DNA of 64,000 bases from a virus (Duplodnaviria; Caudoviricetes): the IMG/VR virus record IMGVR_UViG_3300037067_026422; one strand, given 5' to 3'. Below, in pieces: positions 47,901 through 57,667 of this stretch. Position numbers and translations under genes: made by a program. The stretch's first letter is position 1. The number at the start of each line of letters is the position of its first letter. The notes beneath the pieces are model-generated. The model saw only the letters and a program-made list of their open reading frames with translations. It searched no databases and was not told where the DNA came from.

Positions 47901-50507
47901 ATAAGAGATCTCATAGAGAGTTTTATAGGTATAAGTAGTCACAGTTCCAGATATCGCTTCCGTATAAAGCTTATAGGTGACATATTCTGTACCCTCATAC
48001 CCCACATAAGAAAATGTTATAACCTTATTTCCTGTTTCATCCAGAAACACTCCATACTTAAAATCAAGATAGCTACTGGTATTAATTAATAATCCAGATG
48101 ACCCATACTTTAGAAGATAATACCCCCCCAAATAAGACATTGTAAATCCTGGCAATTCTCTAACTCCATGTGTGTATACCCTGTCTTCTATATTTTTATT
48201 TAAATAAAGAATTCTCGGGTCAGAAGATCTATGATCAGCTACATTGGTACACATCAACTGGATCCCATTTACCGGATCCAGTACCTGATTATCTATATAG
48301 CATATCTTTGAAGTAACATCATTTTCATAATGTATAAAAATATTAGAAGCAGTAAATAACGAAACCCCTCCATAAGTATACCCGGATATCTCCGAACAAA
48401 TCTCTAAAATAGATTTATACACCGTAGTAGGAACCCCAGACATATTAGTTTTATTATAGAACAGGACTATAAGAGTCTCATTGACTATATCCGCCCCAAG
48501 AACACCAAAAGATATCTGAAGATATTTACCCTCATAGTTCGATCTTACACTTACGTTAACATTAGTAAGCGTGTATGATGCCTGATAAAAAAGCATGATT
48601 TTTATAATAGGAACCTCAATAAGGCCTAATGTCAATACCTCGGTGTTTTGCTCATACATTTGCTTAGCCATCTTTTGGTACAGTATACCTTTTTCAAGAC
48701 TTAATACCCATTTTATGTATTCATTTTTCCAAGTATAATTGTTATCTTCATTTAGGGTATAATAAAAACCAAGCTTACCATAAAAAGCATTATAAAGATT
48801 CCAGGCTGATAATGTCTGATTATATGTTAGAGCTATCTCCGGAGAAGCACTATCTTCCGCGTGAATCAAATCAGGATAAAGGGTCCTGTAAACAGGCCCA
48901 TTAACATCCGCAAGAAATCTTAGCTGCTTCTCATATGCTGGTATCCGTATCCTCAAGATATCCGAGATTCCTTCTACAGTACCCCCATCCGGTTTAGCAA
49001 GATATCCCTGATACTTGCTGTTTTTAATATTAAGATCTCCCTGTTCAAACGCTCGAGCTATCTTATCACTATGATCATACAAGTCTCTTATTATCAGTCC
49101 TTCCGTTTCCCAGGCTTGTTTCTCAAGAAGAAGCCTTTTATAAATATTTTCAGGATCATAGAAGTTCTCATAAACTTTACTTTCATAAAAACCATACTCT
49201 CCAATAATCGGGGGCTCCCCTTCATTAACAATCTTAAACCACCAGTTCCTATCTTTACATCGCAGCACTATACCATTGTAATACCCATCCTCAACTTCAT
49301 CATCATAGATTTTCTCAAACGACAGATAAAAATACGGATGAAGTCCCTTATCCACATCCTCTTTTATATCATATACCGTAACCGGAGGTACTGAAAACTT
49401 TTCTGTGAAATCATATCTTAAGCTATCCAGGATATCATCTACATTACGCTCTTCCTTGAAAGTCAATTTAGACAGATCTATAGTACCTATCGACTCCCAA
49501 GCTCCTTCAGAATCCTTCTTCACCATAACTTTGAAATTCTTGGGAGGATCTATATCAGAAAGCAACGGGAATAAGAACTTGAACAAGCTTGCCAAAGAAG
49601 GCTTTCTTATTCTCCTGGAGTTTTTTACAAGACCCTCAATTGTATCCCCATATGCAGTAGCCCCAAGACTACCTGAATCATCGAACATAGGGAATTCTTC
49701 CGCACTTTGACGTTTTATCCACATTCTATATCCATCAGCGGGTAAATTATCAACAAGATTACTAAAAGTAATGTCAGTTCTGTCTACTATGTTATAGGTC
49801 TTCACCCCTTTATCCGAAAAAGACCTTTCGGTAATGATATACTCATAAATCTTACCCTCCGGGGATTTGATCTCTGCAATAGAATAATAATTCTTAAAGT
49901 TCTCAATCTTAATCTTATCCCCAACATCTATTACCCTTAAAAAAGTATAAGTACTTGGAGCAAACTCTCTATCATCCTGTGTGACATCAACACTATAATA
50001 ACCAACAAGATTCTTATTTATATATGCTGAATCCCATACTTTAAAAACAAGATCAGAAGTTCTATTCCAGTATGGCTTTTCTGATTTTATCACCCCTACG
50101 GTAACTATATTATTCTTGTCATTTCTATAAGATATATTACAAAAGTACACCTCATTAAAAGATAGATATTCATTCCCGAATCTATGATAATTATCCGGAG
50201 CCTGACCATCATACCCAATTGGAAAAAACTTAGAAAAGCCATTATCAATCTGCTTAACATCTTTATCTTTGGTAAGGGTATAATCCTCAGTTTCTACATA
50301 TTGATCATCCAGGCTATAATACCCGTTAACCTCTCCAACCGCATTACTATGCCCAAATTTGAAACCAAGACCAAGCTGCAGTTCGGCACTCAAACTCCTT
50401 AATCTTTGCTTATACCATTTGAAAAATCTAAGATATAGCTGCTTCTTTATGTTCTCATCTTGAAGCATATAATAAAAGTCTGATATACCCCCCTGATAGC
50501 TCACCAC
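44871..50507 (-). CDS. Giant structural protein, C-terminal part (probably frameshift-separated from 50501-55009)
   Basis: Repeated YKT(I/L).E(L/I)..EI domains also present in the upstream ORF; weak GTG start, with the frame open upstream to the G6 run. Confidence 0.75.
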   Translation of the reverse strand: MVSYQGGISDFYYMLQDENIKKQLYLRFFKWYKQRLRSLSAELQLGLGFKFGHSNAVGEVNGYYSLDDQYVETEDYTLTKDKDVKQIDNGFSKFFPIGYDGQAPDNYHRFGNEYLSFNEVYFCNISYRNDKNNIVTVGVIKSEKPYWNRTSDLVFKVWDSAYINKNLVGYYSVDVTQDDREFAPSTYTFLRVIDVGDKIKIENFKNYYSIAEIKSPEGKIYEYIITERSFSDKGVKTYNIVDRTDITFSNLVDNLPADGYRMWIKRQSAEEFPMFDDSGSLGATAYGDTIEGLVKNSRRIRKPSLASLFKFLFPLLSDIDPPKNFKVMVKKDSEGAWESIGTIDLSKLTFKEERNVDDILDSLRYDFTEKFSVPPVTVYDIKEDVDKGLHPYFYLSFEKIYDDEVEDGYYNGIVLRCKDRNWWFKIVNEGEPPIIGEYGFYESKVYENFYDPENIYKRLLLEKQAWETEGLIIRDLYDHSDKIARAFEQGDLNIKNSKYQGYLAKPDGGTVEGISDILRIRIPAYEKQLRFLADVNGPVYRTLYPDLIHAEDSASPEIALTYNQTLSAWNLYNAFYGKLGFYYTLNEDNNYTWKNEYIKWVLSLEKGILYQKMAKQMYEQNTEVLTLGLIEVPIIKIMLFYQASYTLTNVNVSVRSNYEGKYLQISFGVLGADIVNETLIVLFYNKTNMSGVPTTVYKSILEICSEISGYTYGGVSLFTASNIFIHYENDVTSKICYIDNQVLDPVNGIQLMCTNVADHRSSDPRILYLNKNIEDRVYTHGVRELPGFTMSYLGGYYLLKYGSSGLLINTSSYLDFKYGVFLDETGNKVITFSYVGYEGTEYVTYKLYTEAISGTVTTYTYKTLYEISYEISYDGKFNCSAYSGRSSLSCDTLIVTSGYVDSVNYQATLYATTNSLYSSISKSVNQFYYKVYKDSVNSMKLDILFYELIADGSQVVKSTTVADTFSFSFTKTDGSYKTISELCSEISLTRYKGEYIFSLKSVYEPKPNGSLLTSFVVVKDVLLPVGYDWETTVYVDTYLEAITGLENSNRAVANVENAVFSFPMYTANGNPSKSAIEGIPVSGSWEVLENEPVIEISCIDGESWVATFSDYDSGDYKSYMAPQDIIELIDQGKVLTEDQYNQIKVVEDRPSVAVLKELVLIRRSGTDESELRLNLRKYNTINALIEAITLAKFNDSGVYDSNGTRSFFLAKLIGDTNIQGLYKSYELDAAYTPIIKSFRVQSNSGVVLYKDNILVGWEISKKEFEGKFKYTMKMSQKKYSQGTSYKFIATNPARAYMDTLTANPQGFKRDILAFDIYSWDSGAQYEIRDNWIYFKSLSLDYSPAGDLGQPNKALGYGIPLSGSGHSLAPDREQLIDLINRINSNALVNKWFYADLKFTRGDKNSPGYFEYNYLPNYFASVPTSVLNDIKLKDDQVMTVSPGDGYVFTDSNITVNDNSNTIDVSCDWRYDYTFERVFFFNEPANSTLSGLEASVNSSLYPEILDSVIEATAVPAFYSIASASLAPTFVPSSLTSSDTILSIRVGLVKVPAFKLKLRAVVGATNYVINKATFQIPRTRDKLILRCQLTYVNSYALTGYDVTSVNIGNLSNFMSSIRPYTDSIFNGLFKAAALSDPYKSYESTRLLDTNSSINSGGTYLSARLNDITAFRALNMTSGGMLSINDTTITLNTNKIYSAPIPLDKNIKSMVNGIKGSYIDGFVSCGVYPMTIDSVIMGSPGMQTSILYPDNIPAHVYFGILGDIRFIQISDYNLHAQYNYLKERLGMPWRDEQGNLKYDYYTPENFNENNPCAIDLSNFLGYLRTGRYNQVKNSMVNEALPANEYLWLYMKFHKEFGCDQKVNMIKKAIQNGDFDMSTLGQMI

Positions 50508-53500
50508 AGCATCATCTGAAGCACCACTATCACTACCTTCCCCCCACCTGATCCCTTCTGTTCTGTAATCTCCTCAATTTGAGGAACCACAACAATCTCA
50601 GAAAACTTTCTTTCAGTAAGCTTTTGTATATAAAACTGATCTATATTAAGATACTCCATATAAATATCTACACGATACCCCACCGGTAAATACGTCAGAA
50701 ATCTGCATGAACATACTATAGACTCAGTCTCATTCTCGACCAGATTATCCAAACCCATATAATTAAGTGAGAATCTGTCCAAAGAACTTATAGGATCGGT
50801 AAGTTCTATACTACCATTTTCGATAGTATAATCAATATCCGGTTCCATCCTTTGTTTATTAATATTACCTACAGATATAAAAGATTCCACAGCTACGGTA
50901 GCATAGATACTATTATGCAAAGGTACATAGTCTGAAGAAATTTTAGACAGTACTGTGGGACCCCATAATCCAAGTCCAAAGACATTCCCATTATGAATAG
51001 TAGTGGAAAAAGGATATATCAAACCAGGAGCTGCAGAAGATATACCTGGAATATGGTTGTTAACCAAATCATATAAATCCGAAGTAGAACTATAATTTAT
51101 GAGGGTTTCTTTGGTATAAGAATGGGAAGAGCCATCTGTAACCACTTCGTAAAGAGCGAGGTAATCCGAAGTAATTTTAATCAGTACTTCTCCAGTATAA
51201 CCTAAAGGATTAACATATCCTATATCAAATGCCTTAGTCGCTATGGTAGCATAACAAGGCATGCTGATATACTGAGCATCAGTAGTAGAAAGCATATAAC
51301 TATTGAAAGTATCCAAGATAACATCAGAAAAGGCACTATTTACTATTACTCCGAAAGGTTTATAATTTAGATCATAAGACGTAACCTCTTTTATAGCATT
51401 AAATAAAATTCCAATAGTGTCATAGTCTGAAAAACTTAATTCAGTCTCTTTGCTGTTGTAGTTATCCAGAATCTCCTTGATGATTATCTTATCACTCAAT
51501 ATTTTTATATATGCTGTACCTGTGTGTGTCTTAGGAGCTGTGTATGTAAACTGGACATAAGGCTGAATTCCTGGATTAGACAAAGCTATCGGAACGGGGC
51601 TGTATTTGACATACCCAATATAGGCATGTGCATACACTCTTTCAGATAAAACCGGATTAAGCCTGACACTAAAACTATCCGTAGCACTAATTACTTCAAC
51701 AACTTGGTATATCTCTCCATCCCCCACATATAACAAAGTATTCATACGAACATTTTGTGCAAGTGTCCCATTAAAAGTAATTATAGAATTTACCTGATCA
51801 ACATTTATAATGCTATTGTTAAGGTCTACCCAGGACACCCCTGCATACATGAACATATAGGGACCAACCATATTCTCATTTATGGCACTGGATAATGTCA
51901 CAGTGGTACCCTCAGAAGGGGTATATTCTGATTTCACTACACTCGTAAAAAAATACCGACCACTGATCTTGTTAATAAATGCTTGTATCATGCCTACATT
52001 GAAAAAGGATGTTCCATCAACTCCCTTGATAACAAACTGCTTACTACCTTCAAGCAACTCCAACAAAGACCACTTATTTAGCTCAGGAATCACTGTAAAG
52101 GTATATGGGAGCGATATAGAACTTTCTTCCTCAAATGGTATTAGTGTCGTTGGGCTCCATCCTCCAGAACTCAGGTAATAATCCTCTTTACCACTGTGAG
52201 CTATAGTGAAGGGATTATATTCCGGGACTCCCAGGTCTGGTACATTAAAATTAAACGTAGACTTAGTACCCTGAATAGCTTTTGCCATTGTATATAAGTC
52301 GGAAAAGCTATCTATCAAGAATTCATATGGGATGGGGTTTTTCACACCAGAAACATATTCTTCAAGCACAATTTTATTTTTTATGAAAAGCAGTCTGGCA
52401 CTCCCCTCAAAGCCCCCAGGGGCATTATACCATAATGTAAAAGCAGGCTGAGCGGGATCCGTAAGAATCAGCTTTTCAGCAGGAAGTGTTGTTATACCCT
52501 CATCATATACTGGTAACCTTGAAAACTTAATATTATTAGTTAAACTTCTACGAAGCTTTGGGTATATACCTATAGTCGATACATCCCCCTGCACAGAAAC
52601 TGAAAGTATACTATATATATCCTGATTATTTACAAGAAGCAGAGAACCAATGTGCATACTGGTTTTTATAAACAAACCCCCACCATTTAAAACTATCTGC
52701 TCTGAGTCTACAGGAGCAGATGTATTCACCATTACATCATCAGACATCGATTCCCACGTTATCTGATCGTCAAATACCGAAAAAACCGGATCTATTGCAT
52801 TTTCAGGAAAAGACCCATATATAGTAACCTTGGTACCCTCCGAGACAAGCATCACAGATTGAATAACAAAATAATTGGTAGAGCTTGGGTCCTTGTTATC
52901 CATTCGAATTATGATACCAGACTTTAAAGTATCAGTCTTATCATACCCCTCTATTAAAAAAGAGGTATCTCCTGCGTTTATTATAGTGAATAGTACAATA
53001 ACAGGTGCATAGGGTAAGACATCCGAATCAAACCCATAAGTCGCTATTACTGTATCCCCATCCTGTGGGGATTTTTCATTAACTGACGAGTCAAGTGTGA
53101 GCTCCCTCTTTATATCGTCATATTTTATGTTCTGAACATTGAATACCTTTGATTCATCCTTTGTCTTGATATTTATAACATTCTCCGGGAGAATACTTCC
53201 TGAGAAGTTATAATTCCCGGTTATTTTATCACTATCAAACTGAATCTTTTTAGGTACCGAAACTACCGGATTTTCTATTTTAAATATCAACCTCTTACTG
53301 CCTATATTATCCTGTGAGAAAATTAAAATATCGTCGAGAATCGTATAAGAATAATCTGTCACACTCCCCGCAATACTCTTCGCAACACAGTTAATCTGTG
53401 CCATTGGGGTATATGTAGCTTTTAGTTCTATTGCTATTTCGTTAGAAGAAAAGAGCGTTATATATCCAGTTACATATGAAACTTTGAAATCTAAACCCTC

Positions 53501-55009
53501 TACCAAAATCCTTGTTTTGGTAACTTCGGTACCATTTTCAGAGAGTATTCTAAATTTCTTGGTAAGAGTGAGCGATGAAGCTATCAAGGGATAACGGCTT
53601 AATCGCATCTTATCAAGTCTTACTTTTTCATCAGAAATGTCCTCACCCTCCACATAATAGGACACAAGTACTACTTCATCATTATTAGTAGGATTGGTGA
53701 GCCCAAAAGCCCCGGATTCTGGGTCTATTATAAAATCAGTGTCCCGAATCAAATTGTTGACATCAGTGTCCTCAAAATAAACTGTATAATCCAGCCCCTT
53801 TATTCCAGATACCCCCGGTACGACCAGATTATCAAAATTAGATACATCTCCTTCATGTACTCCCCGTATGACACTTATACCATCCCATAACAATTTTTTA
53901 GGGTAAGTGATAGTGTCTATGAGTTGCTCTGAATTAACATGCTCAACAAACGTAGCAAGACCCGCATCTGTATTGACTATACAATCAGAGTTTATATCCT
54001 TCTCAACACCCCCCACTTTTATTGAAAAATCATCGGTCGGTATGATATCTTGAAGAGGCCTGGTTACGATAGTCTCACCCTCTTTAACGTTTCTGCTGAG
54101 GGTCATATACCCACTAAAATCAGAACTGATATCCTCTATCTGTGTCTCATTGGTTATTTTACCCAGAAATTTAAGATAAGCAACGTCTCGTTCTTCATAT
54201 GGGGGTATAGGATACTTTATCTCTGATCCATTGGAATAATTTACAATATAATCTTCACCCTCCACCGCTTTCTGGGGCTTTTCTCCATTCTTATTTATGT
54301 ATACCTGCAGACTGCTATGTGGATAGGGTATAGGACTTAGGGATACATCATAAACAGGTGACGTATTATTTTCCATGACTGTCTTATACACACTTGGTAC
54401 AGTTGTAAGATCTGCACCTTTATTAGAAACACCAGGCATGAATTGAACCGACACACCTGTATCCAGCACAAAAGCATCAAAAGGAGCTACAACCGGCTCT
54501 GACATCTGCATCCCGGTCACTCCCCATTCACTCTTATCTTTGTTATAAATTATATTTTCATGTGCAAACTCAAACTTCACACTATCAAGTTTTAGCTTTC
54601 GTATGGAACATGACCCTGTTTGAACATCAGGATAGGACTGTTCCTCTTTAGCATATTTTTCTACAATGAATACACTATTATCCTTAATTCCCGTAACAGT
54701 ATAAGAATTATGATCACTATCAAGTTTTATCCTGTCACCTTGTAACAAATTTTGCGCACCGGTATAATTCAATATAGTCGAGCTATTATTAACAAATGTA
54801 CCATAACCATTAAGATCATTACCGGATAAAGAAGACTGAATTAGGTACTCTTTATTAATCCCGGTTTCCCCCGTTTTAACAACAGGCTCATCTCCAGGGC
54901 TAATTTCAATAGTCCTTGTAGTAGGAGCATTTTTAGTACCTATGCGGGCACCACGGACTACGGTATCTTCAAGATACATGGACTTTAGATTAAAAATCTC
55001 GGATCCCAT
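50501..55009 (-). CDS. Giant structural protein, N-terminal part
   Basis: Repeated EG.DY.V.Y..G.I beta-sandwich motifs typical of large phage baseplate/tail proteins; AAGGA SD. Confidence 0.8.
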   Translation of the reverse strand: MGSEIFNLKSMYLEDTVVRGARIGTKNAPTTRTIEISPGDEPVVKTGETGINKEYLIQSSLSGNDLNGYGTFVNNSSTILNYTGAQNLLQGDRIKLDSDHNSYTVTGIKDNSVFIVEKYAKEEQSYPDVQTGSCSIRKLKLDSVKFEFAHENIIYNKDKSEWGVTGMQMSEPVVAPFDAFVLDTGVSVQFMPGVSNKGADLTTVPSVYKTVMENNTSPVYDVSLSPIPYPHSSLQVYINKNGEKPQKAVEGEDYIVNYSNGSEIKYPIPPYEERDVAYLKFLGKITNETQIEDISSDFSGYMTLSRNVKEGETIVTRPLQDIIPTDDFSIKVGGVEKDINSDCIVNTDAGLATFVEHVNSEQLIDTITYPKKLLWDGISVIRGVHEGDVSNFDNLVVPGVSGIKGLDYTVYFEDTDVNNLIRDTDFIIDPESGAFGLTNPTNNDEVVLVSYYVEGEDISDEKVRLDKMRLSRYPLIASSLTLTKKFRILSENGTEVTKTRILVEGLDFKVSYVTGYITLFSSNEIAIELKATYTPMAQINCVAKSIAGSVTDYSYTILDDILIFSQDNIGSKRLIFKIENPVVSVPKKIQFDSDKITGNYNFSGSILPENVINIKTKDESKVFNVQNIKYDDIKRELTLDSSVNEKSPQDGDTVIATYGFDSDVLPYAPVIVLFTIINAGDTSFLIEGYDKTDTLKSGIIIRMDNKDPSSTNYFVIQSVMLVSEGTKVTIYGSFPENAIDPVFSVFDDQITWESMSDDVMVNTSAPVDSEQIVLNGGGLFIKTSMHIGSLLLVNNQDIYSILSVSVQGDVSTIGIYPKLRRSLTNNIKFSRLPVYDEGITTLPAEKLILTDPAQPAFTLWYNAPGGFEGSARLLFIKNKIVLEEYVSGVKNPIPYEFLIDSFSDLYTMAKAIQGTKSTFNFNVPDLGVPEYNPFTIAHSGKEDYYLSSGGWSPTTLIPFEEESSISLPYTFTVIPELNKWSLLELLEGSKQFVIKGVDGTSFFNVGMIQAFINKISGRYFFTSVVKSEYTPSEGTTVTLSSAINENMVGPYMFMYAGVSWVDLNNSIINVDQVNSIITFNGTLAQNVRMNTLLYVGDGEIYQVVEVISATDSFSVRLNPVLSERVYAHAYIGYVKYSPVPIALSNPGIQPYVQFTYTAPKTHTGTAYIKILSDKIIIKEILDNYNSKETELSFSDYDTIGILFNAIKEVTSYDLNYKPFGVIVNSAFSDVILDTFNSYMLSTTDAQYISMPCYATIATKAFDIGYVNPLGYTGEVLIKITSDYLALYEVVTDGSSHSYTKETLINYSSTSDLYDLVNNHIPGISSAAPGLIYPFSTTIHNGNVFGLGLWGPTVLSKISSDYVPLHNSIYATVAVESFISVGNINKQRMEPDIDYTIENGSIELTDPISSLDRFSLNYMGLDNLVENETESIVCSCRFLTYLPVGYRVDIYMEYLNIDQFYIQKLTERKFSEIVVVPQIEEITEQKGSGGGKVVIVVLQMMLW

Positions 55010-55027
55010 TAAATTTCCTTTGCATAG

Positions 55028-55645
55028 TCAACTTATTTTTGTAAATACTGACGGTATTCCTACTACAGGAATCGGCCCAACTGGGGGCACAGGAGCTATA
55101 GCTCCCGTAACCACTACAGTAAACCGAACCGAAGTCTTAAGATGATTTACAATTCCAAAAGATATACAATCACATAAACTGGAAGCATCTCGACCCTTTA
55201 ATTGTTTCGAAAGCATCATAGTGTATATCAATTTCGACAGTACCTGATCATTCAAAGCAGTAAAACTACCTACCCCCCCACCTACCGCCACTCCGACAGC
55301 AGTCCCGGAAAGAACCATACCCATAAGTACCTGGGATAGCCCCGTAGATATAGCATCAAAAAACTTCTTAGTGTCCCTTCCTTTAAAATTCTTAGAAGCT
55401 GCCTTACTAAGCATAAGACCGCTCATAACCGGTGCTACAAGTCCTATTACAGCAACACTATTTATATTACCTATAGGCCCAGCAGTACCATTGAGACTAC
55501 ATGTTACAAGGTTTGGCATCATAAGATATTTAGAAACAGATGAACCAATAGCTCCTGATAATTTAATAGCATCTCTACCTGCCAACTTTCTCAATAAAAA
55601 TTGACTCTGTATCGCAGATGATATAACTTGAGATACTATGGGCAT
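55028..55645 (-). CDS. Gly/Ala-rich hypothetical protein downstream of spike (internal duplication)
   Basis: Three GRD(A/T)-helix repeats; hydrophobic. Confidence 0.7.
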   Translation of the reverse strand: MPIVSQVISSAIQSQFLLRKLAGRDAIKLSGAIGSSVSKYLMMPNLVTCSLNGTAGPIGNINSVAVIGLVAPVMSGLMLSKAASKNFKGRDTKKFFDAISTGLSQVLMGMVLSGTAVGVAVGGGVGSFTALNDQVLSKLIYTMMLSKQLKGRDASSLCDCISFGIVNHLKTSVRFTVVVTGAIAPVPPVGPIPVVGIPSVFTKIS

Positions 55646-55646
55646 A

Positions 55647-57656
55647 TCAAAAGGAAGCCTTTACCGAAGCAGACCCTCTTAAAGGAGCCCCTGTTATATA
55701 ATCAAGATGCGTTTTTGAGGTAATAACTCCTCCCATATTACCCGTCCTACCCTTAAGATTTATAGCTCCTCCAGCAACATTTATATTAGATGCTGCTGAA
55801 GTCTTGATATCAATATTCAAAGAAGCTTTCAATTCAGCTTTACCTGTATTAGTCTGCAAGCTGACTTGTCCAGCCTTTGTAGCAAAGGTTATATTTCCCG
55901 ATTTTGTACTAGCTGAAAATCCTCCAACATTAGTTTTAAACTTCCTGCTACCCGTTAAGATACTTTCTTCTATGTTACCCGCTTTTATCTTAGTTATCTT
56001 ATTCCCAGTGACAGTAATATTCTCTATGATATCACCCTTTATTGATTTTATGGTAAGCTCCGAATTACCTATACTTATTACCGTCTTTCGGTTACCAAAA
56101 TTTTCATTTTTTTCTTTTGTGACCTTTTCAGTATAGGCATCCCCTACAATGACATTATATCCGGAACCTATATTCACTGTACAAGCCCCTGTTATTTTCT
56201 CAGTTCTGGCACCCTTTATTACAAGCTTATCAGAACCCTTTACTAAAACTTCCCGAGTAGCCTCTACCTCTATTCGCTCATTACCATCTATTTTTTCTAT
56301 CTTAAAATATTTACGGGTATTATCAAGCTTTTTTTTCTTATCCTCTATGTCATAAAGATCTGAAGAAAGATTAGCCCCATACATGAAAAAGACGGATTTA
56401 CTGGTACGAATATCCATACTTCTGTTACTGTAAGGATTTCCATCACGCTCATTATGTGCTCCAAGATTCCACTTTACCCCTCCCTCTGTAACAAGATCCC
56501 ATGAATTGGCATATCGAGAATCCTGCCCCCACACCTCTTTCTTACTCCCTCGGGCAAGAATAGACATCGAACGACCTTTACCAAGACCCCCTCCGGAAGC
56601 TGATGGAAGAAACTGATAAAAATGCCCCTCTTTATCTATACCAAGATAAGCACCCATGCCTGTATCAGATCTATCTGGCTTAAATAGTGTTATAGCTGAA
56701 GCATATGTATCCAACTCCTCACCAGATGCAGGCTCAAGTGAAAAATCTCCATTGCTATCATCGGGATCGGTAAATAGAACTGGTTTCAAAACTTTACCAT
56801 AAGTACCCAAATTATTAGTATCATTACCTATATGATTGCCCAAAGAAAAAATAGCTACTGGTTTTCTTATTGTTTTATTGGAACTGAAGTTGACATCATT
56901 GACCGGTTTTGAGCTGGAATCCCGATCATCAACCTCCAAAAGATATTCTGTTAAATAAGGCTCTGAAGATCCATCATAATTTTGTGGACGGATCACATAA
57001 GAAATTTTACCATCATACATATCTTCTTTAAAAGCATTAGGGATATTTTCAAGATTAACGGGATTAATACTATTTCTTCTGACAATACCTGCATTCCTCC
57101 AAATACCACTACTGAAAACATAATTATTATTCGAAGTATTTATTATAGCGTTATCATCAGGTCGCAATATAATGCTGTTCCCGCCCCTGTCATCCAACTT
57201 CAACAGGTGCCCCATATACATCTCTATACCCTGTCTGGATCCTAAAGCTATGGTACCCGGTTCAAGTTTTCTAAGCCTGAAAAAGAGCTCATTCTTCTCC
57301 TGAGTCCTTGTGGAATCAGGCCATACCTTTACATTTCTATTCTCAAGACCAAAAGCATAATTAGGAAGATAGGCAACAGGTATAAGATCATTCTCCTGAT
57401 TCGCCAATAAAACTATTGAACCTATCTCAGGAGTAGCCTGGATAAAACTTGAGGTACCTGAAAAAGGCTGAGAGATATTTACCGGTATCGGACCTGCCCC
57501 ATAACCTCGTCTTATATTCACCATCATTTTCTGACGATCGACATCAACATCAACCACATCCCCAATTAAGAATGTAAAATCATGGGATGTTCTTGCACTA
57601 AGAGAAGGCTTTTCCCCCTGAGCTATCTGTCTTCCGGGTAATCTAACACTATTCAT
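55647..57656 (-). CDS. Baseplate central spike (gp5/gpV-like)
   Basis: N-terminal OB fold (GDVVDVD...PEIGSIVLL), C-terminal beta-helix repeats (I.G.....V.G), His-containing tip. Confidence 0.78.
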   Translation of the reverse strand: MNSVRLPGRQIAQGEKPSLSARTSHDFTFLIGDVVDVDVDRQKMMVNIRRGYGAGPIPVNISQPFSGTSSFIQATPEIGSIVLLANQENDLIPVAYLPNYAFGLENRNVKVWPDSTRTQEKNELFFRLRKLEPGTIALGSRQGIEMYMGHLLKLDDRGGNSIILRPDDNAIINTSNNNYVFSSGIWRNAGIVRRNSINPVNLENIPNAFKEDMYDGKISYVIRPQNYDGSSEPYLTEYLLEVDDRDSSSKPVNDVNFSSNKTIRKPVAIFSLGNHIGNDTNNLGTYGKVLKPVLFTDPDDSNGDFSLEPASGEELDTYASAITLFKPDRSDTGMGAYLGIDKEGHFYQFLPSASGGGLGKGRSMSILARGSKKEVWGQDSRYANSWDLVTEGGVKWNLGAHNERDGNPYSNRSMDIRTSKSVFFMYGANLSSDLYDIEDKKKKLDNTRKYFKIEKIDGNERIEVEATREVLVKGSDKLVIKGARTEKITGACTVNIGSGYNVIVGDAYTEKVTKEKNENFGNRKTVISIGNSELTIKSIKGDIIENITVTGNKITKIKAGNIEESILTGSRKFKTNVGGFSASTKSGNITFATKAGQVSLQTNTGKAELKASLNIDIKTSAASNINVAGGAINLKGRTGNMGGVITSKTHLDYITGAPLRGSASVKASF

Positions 57657-57667
57657 ATATTTACCTC

